A stretch of DNA of 32,000 nucleotides from positions 1,470,001 through 1,502,000 of the forward strand of contig OY780959.1 in NCBI GenBank assembly GCA_963675915.1, in the 5' to 3' direction. This document shows, one piece after another, positions 1 through 10,652 of this stretch. The translations under genes and the position numbers were made by a program. Within the stretch, counting starts at the first letter, position 1; each line of letters begins with the position of its first letter. Source of the DNA: Coprobacillaceae bacterium. GTDB lineage: Bacteria > Bacillota_I > Bacilli_A > Erysipelotrichales > Coprobacillaceae. The notes under the pieces were generated by a model, which was given only the letters and a program-made list of their open reading frames with translations, had not been told where the DNA came from and searched no databases.

Positions 1-879
1 CATTGCCCATAAACTTTGAGACACCCCATAAGCGGCAATCTGGGAAGTCCCAAACATGGCAACGATACTGCTAAGACCAACTTTGGCTATTTGAAACAGA
101 CCATTTTCGACACTGTTGGGGATTGCAACTGAAAGAATCCTTGAAATCATTTCCTGGTTCCATTTGATGATTCGGTCCAGTTGGATATAAATAAGATTAT
201 TCCGATTGAATGATATGACCAACATAATAATCGCAGCTACCGATCGCGCTATCAGCGAAGGATAGGCAACCCCGGCCACTCCGGCATGAAGGACGAAAAT
301 CCCGATGGCATTACCGGCCACATTGATCATATTCATGACTATCGAGACATACATGATCGTCCTGGTTTTCGCCATGCTGCGATATAATCCGGCACAACTG
401 TTGTATATCGCCAATGCCGGAAATGAAAAGGCGGAAATAACCATATATTTGACACATGCCTGCATCACGTCGTTTTCGACCTGGCCAAACACGATTCTTA
501 ACAACTGGCCATTGAAAAAGATTACTCCAATCATCACGACAATTCCTATCATAGTAGTTATCATGACCAACTGGCTGGAAGCTTCGATCCCCCTCTCCTG
601 TTCTTTTTTTCCGATATACTGACTGGCAACCACAGCCCCACCGGCCGCCATGGCCGAAAATATCATAATGAAAAAAGTATTCAGCTGGTTGACCAGCGAT
701 ACCCCGGAAATTGCCGCTTCTCCTGCGTAAGAGATCATCAGAGTATCCGCAATCCCAATAAGAAGCATCAGGACCTGCTCAATCAACAAGGGGATGATCA
801 GATCGACAAGATTTCGGTTGGAGAACATCATCGAACTGCGCTTTATCTTTTGCCTGGGTTCTATCAATCTTGAAATCAT
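1..879 (-). CDS. MATE family efflux transporter (N-terminal ~293 aa; the 3' end of the gene lies beyond the window start)
   Basis: The minus-strand frame is open from the ATG at 879 (GAGGT 7 nt upstream) to the window edge. My translation MISRLIEPRQKIKRSSMMFSNRNLVDLIIPLLIEQVLMLLIGIADTLMISYAGEAAISGVSLVNQL... is multi-TM and fits the MATE (NorM/DinF-like) N-terminal pattern. It is absent from the ORF track because it is open at the edge. Confidence 0.8.
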   Translation of the reverse strand, partial: MISRLIEPRQKIKRSSMMFSNRNLVDLIIPLLIEQVLMLLIGIADTLMISYAGEAAISGVSLVNQLNTFFIMIFSAMAAGGAVVASQYIGKKEQERGIEASSQLVMITTMIGIVVMIGVIFFNGQLLRIVFGQVENDVMQACVKYMVISAFSFPALAIYNSCAGLYRSMAKTRTIMYVSIVMNMINVAGNAIGIFVLHAGVAGVAYPSLIARSVAAIIMLVISFNRNNLIYIQLDRIIKWNQEMISRILSVAIPNSVENGLFQIAKVGLSSIVAMFGTSQIAAYGVSQSLWAM

Positions 880-1133
880 AACCATACCTCGTTTCTTCCT
901 TTAATCTTACCACATGAAGCTAACTCCATATCAAGACAATAATGACTTTATATGTTTCAATTTTTGAAAAATGCACTCACTGCTGTGGCAAACGGATATT
1001 TCAGCCGGGATTCAAAGAAATTTAGGCCAGGCTACAAAAATCCCGAATTGAGAAACAATTGCAGCGCTAGCCCTATCTAAAGAAAATATTTATTGCTATA
1101 ATAATTGAATACTAATGCAAAAAGGAGAATCCA

Positions 1134-1682
1134 ATGAAACTATTAGTAGTTGACACTCAAAAACTGATTACCAATGAAGAACTGTTCAAATTCGACCTGG
1201 TCAGACATAATATCAAGACCCTGATCGATAAAGCTCGAAAAAACAATATTGAAGTGATCTATATCCGGCATGATGACGGTGAAGGCAGTCGGCTTACCAA
1301 AAACAGATCAGGTTTTGAGATTTTTGACGAATTCGCCCCAAGAAACACCGAATTCATCTTCGACAAGAATGTGAGCAGCCCTTTCAAAGAGAGCGGTTTG
1401 CTTAGATATTTGAAAGATAAAGACGAAAACACCCTGGTGGTGGTCGGACTCCAAACCGACTTTTGCATTGATGCCACTGTTAAATGCGGCTTCGAACACA
1501 ACTTTGACATCATTGTCCCCGCCTATTCGAATTCCACTGTGGACAACAACATGATGTCCGCCCAAAAATCATATGAATACTATAATGATTTCATTTGGCC
1601 CAACCGTTATGCCGCCTGCATCTCGGTTGAAGACACAATCGCCTTGATGAAAAAAAATGGAGCGCACTTCCAATCGAGATAA
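1134..1682 (+). CDS. isochorismatase-family cysteine hydrolase
   Basis: ORF-track 182 aa. It has the Asp in MKLLVVDTQ and the catalytic-Cys context LVVVGLQTDFCIDATV typical of the isochorismatase fold. An AGGAGA SD sits 5 nt upstream, with a TGcTATAAT extended -10 at 1094-1102. Confidence 0.85.
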   Translation: MKLLVVDTQKLITNEELFKFDLVRHNIKTLIDKARKNNIEVIYIRHDDGEGSRLTKNRSGFEIFDEFAPRNTEFIFDKNVSSPFKESGLLRYLKDKDENTLVVVGLQTDFCIDATVKCGFEHNFDIIVPAYSNSTVDNNMMSAQKSYEYYNDFIWPNRYAACISVEDTIALMKKNGAHFQSR

Positions 1683-1705
1683 TCGATTGCAGGTGCGCTT
1701 TTTTA
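1661..1705 (+). terminator. Rho-independent terminator of the isochorismatase-family gene
   Basis: Compound hairpin AGCGCAC..CAATCGA-GATAA-TCGATTG..GTGCGCT followed by TTTTTT. It spans the stop codon. Confidence 0.7.
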
Positions 1706-1723
1706 TCAGATTATTGTTATTAT

Positions 1724-2446
1724 CTAGTCGCGGTTGTCGTCAGTATAGAACAGATACAAGCCGCCATGATCCAAAATTGTGGTTTCCTTGATTAAGTAAT
1801 CACGGGTGTCATTGAGGTTGGCCAGACTGTTTTCGACCAGGCTTTGTCCATTGCTTCCTTGCAGCAGCGGAGCTACAACTAGACTCAATGCATCCACAAC
1901 TCCCGTATTGACAACTGATCCGCCCAAAATACCCCCGCCCTCAAGCAACAGTTTTTGGATATTGAAAACTGATTTCAACTTATTAAAAACAATTTCAAAA
2001 TCGAGCGTGGTTTTTCCTCCAAAAATATAGGAAATATTTTTGCTTTGAAGATAAGCAAGATAAGCATCGTCAACATCTTCAAGCAGAACTTCGACAATAT
2101 GGGCCTGATCATAGCCAGGATCGTCATCCGATATTTTGTTTGAATCCCAACCAAGTTTACCTTTGGTGTCGACACAGACAGCATAAAATTTGGCATTATT
2201 ATCGCCAATAAAGTCTTCGCGGACAATCTCCGCATTCTTGAAAGGTTCCAAATCCGGTTTGGCCCCTTTGGTAAAACTTTCCTCCATTGTAACTCTGCCA
2301 CACATGAATCCATCCGCGTTGAAATCACGGTGTTTTTTGAAATAATAATCAGTCACTTCCTGAGTTTCCGGCTTATCGAGATAAGAACCCGAAATTTTTC
2401 CGTCCAGGGAAATAACCATATGATAGATGATGTACGGTCGTTTCAT
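1724..2446 (-). CDS. RibD C-terminal domain / dihydrofolate-reductase-like reductase family protein
   Basis: ORF-track frame 1724..2488. I prefer the start at Met15 (2446) because GGAAAGGAGAG lies just upstream. MKRPYIIYHMVISLDGKISG and LLLEGGGILGGS are typical of the RibD_C family. Confidence 0.75.
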   Translation of the reverse strand: MKRPYIIYHMVISLDGKISGSYLDKPETQEVTDYYFKKHRDFNADGFMCGRVTMEESFTKGAKPDLEPFKNAEIVREDFIGDNNAKFYAVCVDTKGKLGWDSNKISDDDPGYDQAHIVEVLLEDVDDAYLAYLQSKNISYIFGGKTTLDFEIVFNKLKSVFNIQKLLLEGGGILGGSVVNTGVVDALSLVVAPLLQGSNGQSLVENSLANLNDTRDYLIKETTILDHGGLYLFYTDDNRD

Positions 2447-2595
2447 TTTTACTCTCCTTTCCAAAATCAAACCATAAATATTCAGCAATGAAAATCGACA
2501 CTAAAAAGAGAATTACTTCTTAACTCCATTCTACCACTTTAACTGCAGCATTCAAATAAATATGGCAAGATATGTTCAGTTTGGCCAAAAACAAA

Positions 2596-2627
2596 ATAAA
2601 AAAGACGGAATAACAAGAAATTCCGTC
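2596..2627 (-). terminator. Rho-independent terminator after the CDF transporter gene
   Basis: On the minus strand: GACGGAAU-UUCUUGUU-AUUCCGUC (8 bp stem) followed by UUUUUUAUUUU. Confidence 0.75.
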
Positions 2628-2634
2628 GCTTTCA

Positions 2635-3804
2635 TCAATAATAATTATGTTCGAGATTCATTTTAACCCGATAACGGTTATCAGAATTCTCGATTATTTC
2701 GGTAAGTTCCCTTCTAATCTCTTCCCAGGTTTTTTGGTGGGAAAAAGGCACTACCAGGTCAAAGACCAGATTGATATGGGTAGGACCATAAACCATCCTG
2801 AAATCATGGATGGAGAATTCACGGTTGTAAACCTTGATCAGGGCCATCACATTGCGGCGAATCGGCTCGAGATCAGGATTGTCATAATCAATCGGATCCA
2901 TATGAATTACACTCATGATTTTAAACTTGTCCAAAAGTTCCTCTTCAAGATTGTCGATTGCATCGTGGGTCTCCATGATATCACTGTTGGCATCAACTTC
3001 AACATGCAAAGTCATGAATTTTCTGGAAGGACCGTAGTCATGAATCATGATATCATGACACCCCTTGGCAACATCGTGACTGGTGACAAAATGAGCAATC
3101 TCCTTGACAAGTTCCCGGGACGGAGCCAAACCAAGCAGCGGATTGACCGTATCCTTGAATATTTCCACGCCGGACTTCAAAACGATAACCCCGACCATGA
3201 AACCGATAATTCCATCAACCGGGAGCGTCGTCAGCTGCGACAAGAACAGTGCCACCAAGGTCGCCCCTGTTGAAAGCACGTCATTCAAACTGTCCTGGCT
3301 GGCTGCCATCAGTGATGTCGAATCGATTTTCTTTCCGACATAATTGTTGAAGTACGCCATGTACAGTTTGACCACAATTGCTCCAATCAAAACAATCACC
3401 GCCACGATATCGAAATTGATAGGCTCATTGAGAATGATCTTCTCAATTGAATCCCTGATTGTCAGCAGAGCAACCATCAGGATGAAAAAGGAAATGATGA
3501 TTCCGCTGATGTACTCATAGCGGCCATGACCGTAGGGATGATCGGCATCCGGAGATCTGAGCGATAGACGGAATCCGACCAAAGTTGCAAAGTTGCTGGC
3601 AACATCGGTCAAGTTGTTGATTCCATCGGCGATGATTGCAATCGAATTGGTAAAAACACCGATGATCAGTTTGAAGATGACCAGAATAAGGTTGAGAAAA
3701 ATCGAAAGAATCGAGACAAAAACCCCATATCCTCCCCTTACTTCGGGGTCATTGACATCCTGGTGATTTTTTACAAAGATTTTTATCAGATTATTGATCA
3801 ACAT
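2635..3804 (-). CDS. cation diffusion facilitator (CDF) family divalent-metal exporter
   Basis: ORF-track 389 aa. It has an N-terminal 6-TM domain with IIADGINNLTD and DADHPYGHGRYEY motifs, plus a C-terminal cytoplasmic CDF domain. Confidence 0.9.
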   Translation of the reverse strand: MLINNLIKIFVKNHQDVNDPEVRGGYGVFVSILSIFLNLILVIFKLIIGVFTNSIAIIADGINNLTDVASNFATLVGFRLSLRSPDADHPYGHGRYEYISGIIISFFILMVALLTIRDSIEKIILNEPINFDIVAVIVLIGAIVVKLYMAYFNNYVGKKIDSTSLMAASQDSLNDVLSTGATLVALFLSQLTTLPVDGIIGFMVGVIVLKSGVEIFKDTVNPLLGLAPSRELVKEIAHFVTSHDVAKGCHDIMIHDYGPSRKFMTLHVEVDANSDIMETHDAIDNLEEELLDKFKIMSVIHMDPIDYDNPDLEPIRRNVMALIKVYNREFSIHDFRMVYGPTHINLVFDLVVPFSHQKTWEEIRRELTEIIENSDNRYRVKMNLEHNYY

Positions 3805-4141
3805 TTAAGATAAATATATTCATACCTTCCACTTCGATCAAATTGGCTTCCACCAACTCTTTGAAGTAAGTTTCCATTTTCTCTTTTGAGACTTCCTTGT
3901 TTGCAACTTTTTCCAGATTATGAATGATTTCAGGATTATCCATTTTTACATAGGCGCGTCCTTGTTTGTCATAGAGCGGTTTTTGAATCAGTGTCTCCAT
4001 GATGCCAACATAGGCCATTTTGGTTTCAAGTCGGACATTCGCAAAATAATGAGTCGCGAAAAGACGACGTGGCAAATAATATGAAGTTTCCCCCAATGTT
4101 TCAATTAAAGATTCTAATGTATCACGGTTAAATAGTTCCAT
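3791..4141 (-). CDS. small RepA_N-like (replication initiator A N-terminal, winged-helix) domain protein
   Basis: ORF-track 116 aa. The pattern YYLPRRLF...NVRLETKMAYVGIMETL...YVKMDNPEIIHNL...KEKMETYFKELVEANLIE resembles the Firmicute RepA_N domain. GGAGGAAATTC lies upstream. The stop overlaps the CDF start by 14 nt. Confidence 0.55.
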   Translation of the reverse strand: MELFNRDTLESLIETLGETSYYLPRRLFATHYFANVRLETKMAYVGIMETLIQKPLYDKQGRAYVKMDNPEIIHNLEKVANKEVSKEKMETYFKELVEANLIEVEGMNIFILNVDQ

Positions 4142-4240
4142 ATGAATTTCCTCCTATGCCAATTATAACATATATGGCTGTATATTCATGTAAAAAATAA
4201 CTAATCAGGATTTAAAAAATGAATAATCATAATTCACTCT

Positions 4241-4591
4241 TTATTTGGATGGCGCTTTCTTGCTTTCCCACCAGTACCCAATCAAGGCAGCTATACTGCC
4301 GCCAAAAGAGATCAAATCCATTACTCCCATCTGATCAGTCAGACTTGCGATGGCATTAACCGCCAGCAACGGAACCACCCCCACCTTGATCAGGGACCAA
4401 TTACGCTTTAGTCCCACTGTAAGAAAAGCAAACATCAGTATTTCCATAATAAAGATCACCACAATCAGATAATTCAATCCCGACCACTCCCGTCCGGGAT
4501 TGCTAAAAAGATAGCGGCCCAGCAAAAGCAGCCAAAACAAAGAATTCATTCCCAACAAAACCCCAGTGATCCGGTACGGCCTTTTTTCCAT
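4241..4591 (-). CDS. hypothetical small integral membrane protein (about 4 TM)
   Basis: ORF-track 116 aa, hydrophobic, with an AAGGAGG SD upstream. I do not recognise a family. Confidence 0.5.
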   Translation of the reverse strand: MEKRPYRITGVLLGMNSLFWLLLLGRYLFSNPGREWSGLNYLIVVIFIMEILMFAFLTVGLKRNWSLIKVGVVPLLAVNAIASLTDQMGVMDLISFGGSIAALIGYWWESKKAPSK

Positions 4592-4626
4592 TTTTTTACC
4601 TCCTTGACTATTTTTTATTTAGAAGA

Positions 4627-4648
4627 AAAGACATCATCTGATGTCTTT
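4627..4648 (-). terminator. probable terminator at the end of the his operon
   Basis: On the minus strand: AAAGACAUC-AGAU-GAUGUCUUU hairpin followed by a U-rich UCUUCU tail, 13 nt after the hisJ-like stop. Confidence 0.5.
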
Positions 4649-4660
4649 AACATGATAATA

Positions 4661-5413
4661 TCAGTTGATTTCAAATCCGATTGCAATCAACTTGTCGATT
4701 ACTTCCTGATTATGGACCGCTAGAGTCGCCTCACTGTGGGAATCAGACCCGACCGTGATAACTCTACCCCCAAGTTCAAAGTAGCGTTCAATCAAGTCAA
4801 AATCAGGGAAAGGCGCCCCACAAGAGCGGTATCCTGAAGTGTTGACTTCGATTCCTTTTCCTTTTTCAATCAGGGTTTTGAAAATCTCATCAATCACTTC
4901 TGCATGCAGGTCATAATCAACTGTCTTGTCTTCATAAGGACCATAACGGGAAATATAATCAAGGTGTCCTAGAACATCAAAACAATCGAATTTCTTGACG
5001 CAGTTGAGCACTGTCTTGAAGTATTTGGCATGGGCCTCATCTTTACATAGACCTTTGAAGTACTCGCCATAGTAGAATTCGGTCCCTTCGATAACATGAA
5101 TCGATCCGATTACGAACTCAAACGGATTGGATTCGATGAAGTTGTTGATTTCATCGAAGAATTGCAGATCCAAACCGATTTCTACCCCGATCTTGATTCT
5201 GATTTGATCTTCATATTTCTTTTTAAGCGGATTAAGCTCCAGGAAATAGTCAACAACATTCAATTCGAAATTGTCAATCGGATAGGCAAAATCGTGATGG
5301 TCGGTGAAACGGATCTCATCCATTCCAAGTTCGATTGCCTTGATGATATAGGCTTCGGGTTCCTGATTGGAATCGAATGAATTCTCGGTATGGATATGAT
5401 AGTCGATCAACAT
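4661..5413 (-). CDS. hisJ: histidinol-phosphatase, PHP (HisJ/HisK) family
   Basis: ORF-track 250 aa. It has the PHP motifs MLIDYHIHT and GSDSH, and it is the last gene of the his operon, 1 nt after the hisIE stop. Confidence 0.85.
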   Translation of the reverse strand: MLIDYHIHTENSFDSNQEPEAYIIKAIELGMDEIRFTDHHDFAYPIDNFELNVVDYFLELNPLKKKYEDQIRIKIGVEIGLDLQFFDEINNFIESNPFEFVIGSIHVIEGTEFYYGEYFKGLCKDEAHAKYFKTVLNCVKKFDCFDVLGHLDYISRYGPYEDKTVDYDLHAEVIDEIFKTLIEKGKGIEVNTSGYRSCGAPFPDFDLIERYFELGGRVITVGSDSHSEATLAVHNQEVIDKLIAIGFEIN

Positions 5414-5414
5414 T

Positions 5415-6056
5415 TTAGTACTCTCCGCGAGTATTGAAATCTTTTTTATTACCAGAAATCTTATGACGGGCTTTCAATTTGCTTTCAATATCCGCCAAAG
5501 CGATTCCCTGTTGTTGCATCAGCACGAAAACATGGTAGAACAAGTCCGAAATTTCCCCGATCACTTCTTCCTTATCATCATTTTTAGCGGCGATGATTGT
5601 TTCCGCTGCTTCTTCGCCGACTTTTTTACAGATTTTGTCGACCCCTTCGTTCAACAAATAGTTAGTGTATGATTTTTCCACCGGATTGGCTACCCGGTCC
5701 TGGATTGATTTTTCCAGTTCAACGAAGATATTGGTATCATCAAAACCTTGAACTTCATTGAAGAAGCAAGAATAAGCTCCGGTATGACAAGCCGAACCGC
5801 CAATTTGGTCGACAAAGATCAACAAAGTATCCTGATCGCAGTCCAGATACATTCCTTTGATTTTTTGGAAATGACCGCTTTCTTCCCCTTTATGCCATAA
5901 CTTGTTACGGCTTCTTGAATAGAAGACAGTTTCATTTATTTCCAACATCTTGTCATAAGCTTCTTCGTTGACATAAGCCAACATCAAAATCTGTCTTGTT
6001 TTATAATCCTGAACGATCGCCGGGATCAGTTCCTGTTTGCTAAAATCTGGTCTCAT
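5415..6056 (-). CDS. hisIE: bifunctional phosphoribosyl-AMP cyclohydrolase / phosphoribosyl-ATP pyrophosphatase
   Basis: ORF-track 213 aa. The N-terminal HisI part includes [28 protein letters not shown]. The C-terminal HisE part includes [14 protein letters not shown]...[13 protein letters not shown] 4-nt overlap links it to hisF. Confidence 0.95.
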   Translation of the reverse strand: MRPDFSKQELIPAIVQDYKTRQILMLAYVNEEAYDKMLEINETVFYSRSRNKLWHKGEESGHFQKIKGMYLDCDQDTLLIFVDQIGGSACHTGAYSCFFNEVQGFDDTNIFVELEKSIQDRVANPVEKSYTNYLLNEGVDKICKKVGEEAAETIIAAKNDDKEEVIGEISDLFYHVFVLMQQQGIALADIESKLKARHKISGNKKDFNTRGEY

Positions 6057-6817
6057 TTTACTCTCCTAACCGGAATATCATTTTTCATCAGTTCATCACG
6101 GACATCTTCGACTGTCGCCTCATTGAAATGGAACAGTGACGCCGCCAAAGCCGCATCAACATCGGTTTTTTCGAAAACTTCGACGATATCTTCGACACCA
6201 CCGCAGCCTCCAGAAGCAATAACCGGGATGTTGACCACATCACATACGGCATTAAGCATATCGATGTCGAAACCTTCACGGGTACCATCGGCATCCATTG
6301 AAGTGAGCAACACTTCGCCAGCTCCCAGTTTTTCACATTTGGTCACCCATTCGATCAGATCGATTCCGGTATTTTCACGTCCACCCTTGACGTAAACATC
6401 ATAACTTCCCTTTTCATTTTTCTTGGCATCAATCGCGATGACAACACATTGAACTCCAAATTCATCACTAGCTTCCTTGATCAACTGCGGATTGGCGATT
6501 GCCGCCGAATTGACCGACACCTTATCGGCCCCGGAAGCCAGAATCATGCGGAAATCATCAATCGTGCGGATTCCGCCACCAACTGCCAGGGGAATCGATA
6601 GTTCGCTCGCAGCCCGGGCAATCAGATCCTTGATAATGCCACGGTCTTCATGAGATGCCGTGATATCCAGGAAGACCACCTCATCGGCACATTGAAGATC
6701 ATAGCGCTTCGCCAGATCAACCGGATCACCGACTTCTTTAAGGCCAACGAAATTGACTCCTTTGACAACCTTGCCATCTTTGATATCAAGACATGGGATT
6801 ATCCTTTTTTTAAGCAT
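6053..6817 (-). CDS. hisF: imidazole glycerol phosphate synthase cyclase subunit
   Basis: ORF-track 254 aa, with [30 protein letters not shown] and ASGGCG motifs. Confidence 0.97.
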   Translation of the reverse strand: MLKKRIIPCLDIKDGKVVKGVNFVGLKEVGDPVDLAKRYDLQCADEVVFLDITASHEDRGIIKDLIARAASELSIPLAVGGGIRTIDDFRMILASGADKVSVNSAAIANPQLIKEASDEFGVQCVVIAIDAKKNEKGSYDVYVKGGRENTGIDLIEWVTKCEKLGAGEVLLTSMDADGTREGFDIDMLNAVCDVVNIPVIASGGCGGVEDIVEVFEKTDVDAALAASLFHFNEATVEDVRDELMKNDIPVRRVK

Positions 6818-7524
6818 GAAGCCACCTCCGCAATATCAATTTTGCCTTCATAATACGCTTTACCGATAATGCATCCGTAATAGTCATGTTTGGCAACTTC
6901 AAGAACATCTTCTTTCGAAGAGATTCCGCCGCTGACCACAAAATTGATTTTTGAGTTTTCATGAATCTTTTGATACATATCGAAGTTCGGACCTTGCAGG
7001 GTCCCGTCTTTGGAAATATCGGTAGCCACGATATATTTGACTCCGAGCTGTTCCAGTTCAGCGATGAAATCAAGATAGTAGACATCTGAAGTATCCAGCC
7101 ATCCTTGAGTTGAAACATAACCATTTTTGACATCAACTCCAACTACGATTCGCTCCGGACCGTATTTGTCCAATGCCGCTTTAAGGAACTCGCGGTCTTT
7201 CAAAGCCGCAGTTCCCAGGATGACACGATCGATTTTCAGTTCATCAAGATACATGGCTACGGTTTCAAGATTCCGGATTCCGCCTCCAAGTTCAACTGGC
7301 AAAGTGGTATTGGCTTTGATTTTTTTGATTACTTCGGTATTGATTCCATAACCGTCTTTGGCACCATCAAGATCGACAACATGCAGATAGTCAGCTCCCA
7401 TTGCCGCAAATTTTTGAGCAATTTCTTCAGGATTTGAAGAATAAACTGTTTTTTGGTTGTAATCACCTTTGTACAGACGGATTGCCTCTCCATCTTTCAA
7501 ATCGATTGCGGGAATAATTATCAT
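6799..7524 (-). CDS. hisA: ProFAR isomerase (1-(5-phosphoribosyl)-5-[(5-phosphoribosylamino)methylideneamino]imidazole-4-carboxamide isomerase)
   Basis: ORF-track 241 aa, starting [22 protein letters not shown] and with GGGIRN. It overlaps hisF by 19 nt and hisH by 4 nt. Confidence 0.95.
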   Translation of the reverse strand: MIIIPAIDLKDGEAIRLYKGDYNQKTVYSSNPEEIAQKFAAMGADYLHVVDLDGAKDGYGINTEVIKKIKANTTLPVELGGGIRNLETVAMYLDELKIDRVILGTAALKDREFLKAALDKYGPERIVVGVDVKNGYVSTQGWLDTSDVYYLDFIAELEQLGVKYIVATDISKDGTLQGPNFDMYQKIHENSKINFVVSGGISSKEDVLEVAKHDYYGCIIGKAYYEGKIDIAEVASCLKKG

Positions 7525-8126
7525 GCTATCATCTCCTTAAATGCTTTTAGAATATTCTGCCCGACCTCACCGCTTTTTTCCGGGTGGAACTGGCAACCCA
7601 GAACATTGCCGTTGACAACAATTCCCGGGATTTTGGTATCTCCATAAACACTGTAAGCAACGATATTTTCGTCGTTGGTGTTGGCTTTATACGAATGGAC
7701 GTAATATACATCCTCGTTTTCATCAATATATTTCAAAATCGGATGATCCTGGTTGAAATAAAGTTCATTCCATCCCATATGGGGAACTTTTTCATCAATA
7801 TCCATATATTCAATCGTACCAGGAACGAATCCCAGTCCTTTGGTTTCCTTAACTTCATATCCGGTTTCAAAAAGAACCTGCATTCCCAGACAGATACCCA
7901 TGATAATTGTCCCTTTGTCGCGACATTCATTGAGCACATCAATCAGATCAAACTTTTCCAAGTTGCCCATCGCAACCGGAAAAGAACCGACACCAGGCAG
8001 GATAATCGCCTTAGCCTGTCTGATCAATTCCTTGTCACGGGTAACCGTAGCTTCGATTCCCAGACGTCTAAGCGCCCCGGTCACACTGCTCAAATTACCG
8101 ACATTGTAATCAATTATTACTACCAT
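7521..8126 (-). CDS. hisH: imidazole glycerol phosphate synthase glutamine amidotransferase subunit
   Basis: ORF-track 201 aa, with the class-I GATase nucleophile elbow GICLGMQ and the CQFHPEKSG His/Glu motif. Confidence 0.95.
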   Translation of the reverse strand: MVVIIDYNVGNLSSVTGALRRLGIEATVTRDKELIRQAKAIILPGVGSFPVAMGNLEKFDLIDVLNECRDKGTIIMGICLGMQVLFETGYEVKETKGLGFVPGTIEYMDIDEKVPHMGWNELYFNQDHPILKYIDENEDVYYVHSYKANTNDENIVAYSVYGDTKIPGIVVNGNVLGCQFHPEKSGEVGQNILKAFKEMIA

Positions 8127-8137
8127 CGCTTTTCTCC

Positions 8138-8725
8138 TTATAATAATCCTTTGGTGCTGCTTACTTTGCCACGATTGGCTTCTTCCACTTTTACCGCTTC
8201 TTTAAGGGCGCGGGCCAGACCTTTGAAGATCGCTTCGATAATATGATGAACGTTTTTACCGTATTCGACATTGACATGAAGGGTTATTCCGGCGTTGAAT
8301 GCGAAAGCCCGCAGGAACTCCTCGACCATCTCACATTCGAAATTGCCAAGGGTAACCTTGGGAATGTCGCCATTGAACACCAAAAACGGACGATTGGAAA
8401 TATCCAGGTCCACGCGAACCAAAGCTTCATCCATAACCAAGTTGAAGCTGCCATAACGGTTGATGCCCGCTTTGTCGCCCAAGGCTTCCTTGAAAGCAGT
8501 CCCCAGGGCAATTCCGATATCTTCGACGCTGTGATGACTGTCAACTTCGATATCGCCGTCGCAATCGACTTTAAGGTCGAATCCGCCATGGAATCCAAAC
8601 AGAGTCAGCATATGATCGAAAAAGCCGATTTTGGTATCAACATGGGTCTGTCCTGAGCCATCGAGATTCAGGTCAATTTCCAAATTTGTTTCTAACGTAA
8701 TTCTAGTTATCTGCGCATCTCTCAT
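8138..8725 (-). CDS. hisB: imidazoleglycerol-phosphate dehydratase (monofunctional)
   Basis: ORF-track 195 aa, with IGPD motifs DSHHSVEDIGIALG and HHIIEAIFKGLARAL. Confidence 0.95.
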   Translation of the reverse strand: MRDAQITRITLETNLEIDLNLDGSGQTHVDTKIGFFDHMLTLFGFHGGFDLKVDCDGDIEVDSHHSVEDIGIALGTAFKEALGDKAGINRYGSFNLVMDEALVRVDLDISNRPFLVFNGDIPKVTLGNFECEMVEEFLRAFAFNAGITLHVNVEYGKNVHHIIEAIFKGLARALKEAVKVEEANRGKVSSTKGLL

Positions 8726-8728
8726 TTT

Positions 8729-10024
8729 CTAGTCCTCGAATCTTACTGTAATTGAATTTGCATGGGCATCAAGTCCCTCTGATTTCGCAAATTTCTCAAC
8801 ATCTTCCTTGAAAGTGGCCAGGACGTTTTTTGGATAATATGAGAAAGCCGAAGCTTTGACATAATCATAAACACCCAAGGCGCTGTAAAACTTAGCAGTC
8901 CCCCCGGTTGGAAGAACGTGATTGGTTCCTGACATGTAATCACCTAGAGGTTCCGGTGTGTATTCACCCAGGAATATTGAACCCGCATTTTGGATTTTCG
9001 GCAATGTGTTCATTGGATTTTCAACCAGGATTTCCAAATGTTCCGGAGCCAGGTAATTCGACACTTCGAACGCTTCATCCATGTTTTCCACCAGAATCGC
9101 CCCACCGTAGTTGGTCAATGATTCCTCAATGATTTCCTGTCTTGACAGATATTGAATCTGGCGTTTGAGTTCCAAATTGGTTGCTTCAATCAACTCTTTG
9201 CTGGTAGTTACCAAAATGGCGCTGGCCAGTTTGTCGTGTTCAGCCTGAGACATCAAATCGGCAGCCACATATTTGGGATTGGCTTTTTCGTCAGCGATGA
9301 TCAGGATTTCGCTTGGTCCGGCAACCATATCGATATCAACCGTACCATAAACCAGTTTCTTGGCAGTAGCCACGAAGATATTTCCCGGTCCGACAATCTT
9401 GTCGACCTTTTTGATTGTTTTGGTTCCATAAGCCACAGCTCCGACACCTTGGGCTCCACCAACCTTGTAGATTGTTTTGATGCCACAGATCTTAGCGGCA
9501 GCCAGAATGACCGGATTCACTTTACCATCATTCTTTACCGGAGTGATGATGACAATTTCCTTGACTCCAGCCAGAATTGCCGGTACGGCATTCATCAATA
9601 CGGTTGAAGGATAGGTAGCAGTTCCTCCTGGCACATACAAAGCCACTCGGGCGATCGGACGGATCATCTGTCCTAAAATAACTCCGTCATCCTTATATAA
9701 AGACCATGATTTTTCAACTTGATTTTCATGGTACATCTTGATTTGGTCGTAACTGCGTTGAAGAATTCTCAGGTAGTCCTCATCAACTTGCGCCACTCCT
9801 TCGGCAATTTCGGCTTCAGTGGCAATCAGCTGATCAAGTGATTCGATTTTGAAACCATCGAACATCTCACAGTATTTGACAACAGCTTCATCCCCGTTGG
9901 CTTTGATATCATCAAGAACCGCCAAAACTTTATCATTGACTTCCTTGGTAATTGTAGTTTTACGAGTATTCAGTTTTTCGGCAACTGCCTCCAAATTCCC
10001 TCGATAATCAATCTCTTTAATCAT
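8729..10024 (-). CDS. hisD: histidinol dehydrogenase
   Basis: ORF-track 431 aa, with SQAEHD and [17 protein letters not shown] motifs. An 8-nt overlap links it to hisG. Confidence 0.96.
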   Translation of the reverse strand: MIKEIDYRGNLEAVAEKLNTRKTTITKEVNDKVLAVLDDIKANGDEAVVKYCEMFDGFKIESLDQLIATEAEIAEGVAQVDEDYLRILQRSYDQIKMYHENQVEKSWSLYKDDGVILGQMIRPIARVALYVPGGTATYPSTVLMNAVPAILAGVKEIVIITPVKNDGKVNPVILAAAKICGIKTIYKVGGAQGVGAVAYGTKTIKKVDKIVGPGNIFVATAKKLVYGTVDIDMVAGPSEILIIADEKANPKYVAADLMSQAEHDKLASAILVTTSKELIEATNLELKRQIQYLSRQEIIEESLTNYGGAILVENMDEAFEVSNYLAPEHLEILVENPMNTLPKIQNAGSIFLGEYTPEPLGDYMSGTNHVLPTGGTAKFYSALGVYDYVKASAFSYYPKNVLATFKEDVEKFAKSEGLDAHANSITVRFED

Positions 10025-10652
10025 CGTTATCCTCCACTGTATCGTCCAGTCGTTCCACCAACGACATGATTTCGTCTTTGTTGTATTTGAAATTTACTTT
10101 ATTGGCAATCAGACGGTTGGAAATATCACTGATTTTTTCAATAACTTCCAGCCCGTTGGCTTTAAGAGTCGAACCGGTTTCCACGATATCGACAATCGCG
10201 TCCGAAAGATTGACAATCGGTCCTAGTTCCACCGAACCTTCGAGTTTTATGATTTCCACATCTTCTTTCTTGCTGTCAAAATATTTCTTGGCAACATTGG
10301 TATATTTGGAAGCAATTCGTTTGCGACGGCTGAATTTCTTAGTCGCATAATCCGGATAAGCGGCTACCGCGAAGTAGCATTTTCCGGTATTCAAATCAAG
10401 CAGTTCATAGTAATCATCGTAATCACTGTCATCGAGAGTATCTTTTCCGACAAATCCGATATCGACAATCCCATGTTCCAAAAATGTCACAACATCATTG
10501 GCTTTACCAAAGATGAATTGCAATCCGTCTTTGGTTTGGACCATCAATTCACGATCCTTATTATATACAGGTTCCATATCATAACCGGCAGCCTCCAATT
10601 TTTTGCAGACTGTCTTTTCGATCCGACCTTTAGTTAATGCAATCTTAATCAT
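10017..10652 (-). CDS. hisG: ATP phosphoribosyltransferase, short (HisZ-dependent) form
   Basis: ORF-track frame 10017..10679. I prefer the start at Met10 (10652, [10 protein letters not shown]) because GGAGGAAAACA lies upstream and it gives an 8-nt overlap with the hisZ stop. The 211-aa length lacks the C-terminal regulatory domain. Confidence 0.93.
   Translation of the reverse strand: MIKIALTKGRIEKTVCKKLEAAGYDMEPVYNKDRELMVQTKDGLQFIFGKANDVVTFLEHGIVDIGFVGKDTLDDSDYDDYYELLDLNTGKCYFAVAAYPDYATKKFSRRKRIASKYTNVAKKYFDSKKEDVEIIKLEGSVELGPIVNLSDAIVDIVETGSTLKANGLEVIEKISDISNRLIANKVNFKYNKDEIMSLVERLDDTVEDNDD

Noticed and set aside
305-622. Plus-strand ORF of 105 aa near the window start
   Set aside because: It is antisense to the MATE transporter frame, which is open across the whole 1-879 region and has recognisable motifs.
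3791-4141. The RepA_N-like gene as evidence for an integrated plasmid or ICE
   Set aside because: There is no integrase, relaxase, partition, conjugation or toxin-antitoxin gene. There are no flanking repeats and no obvious compositional break in the surrounding region.
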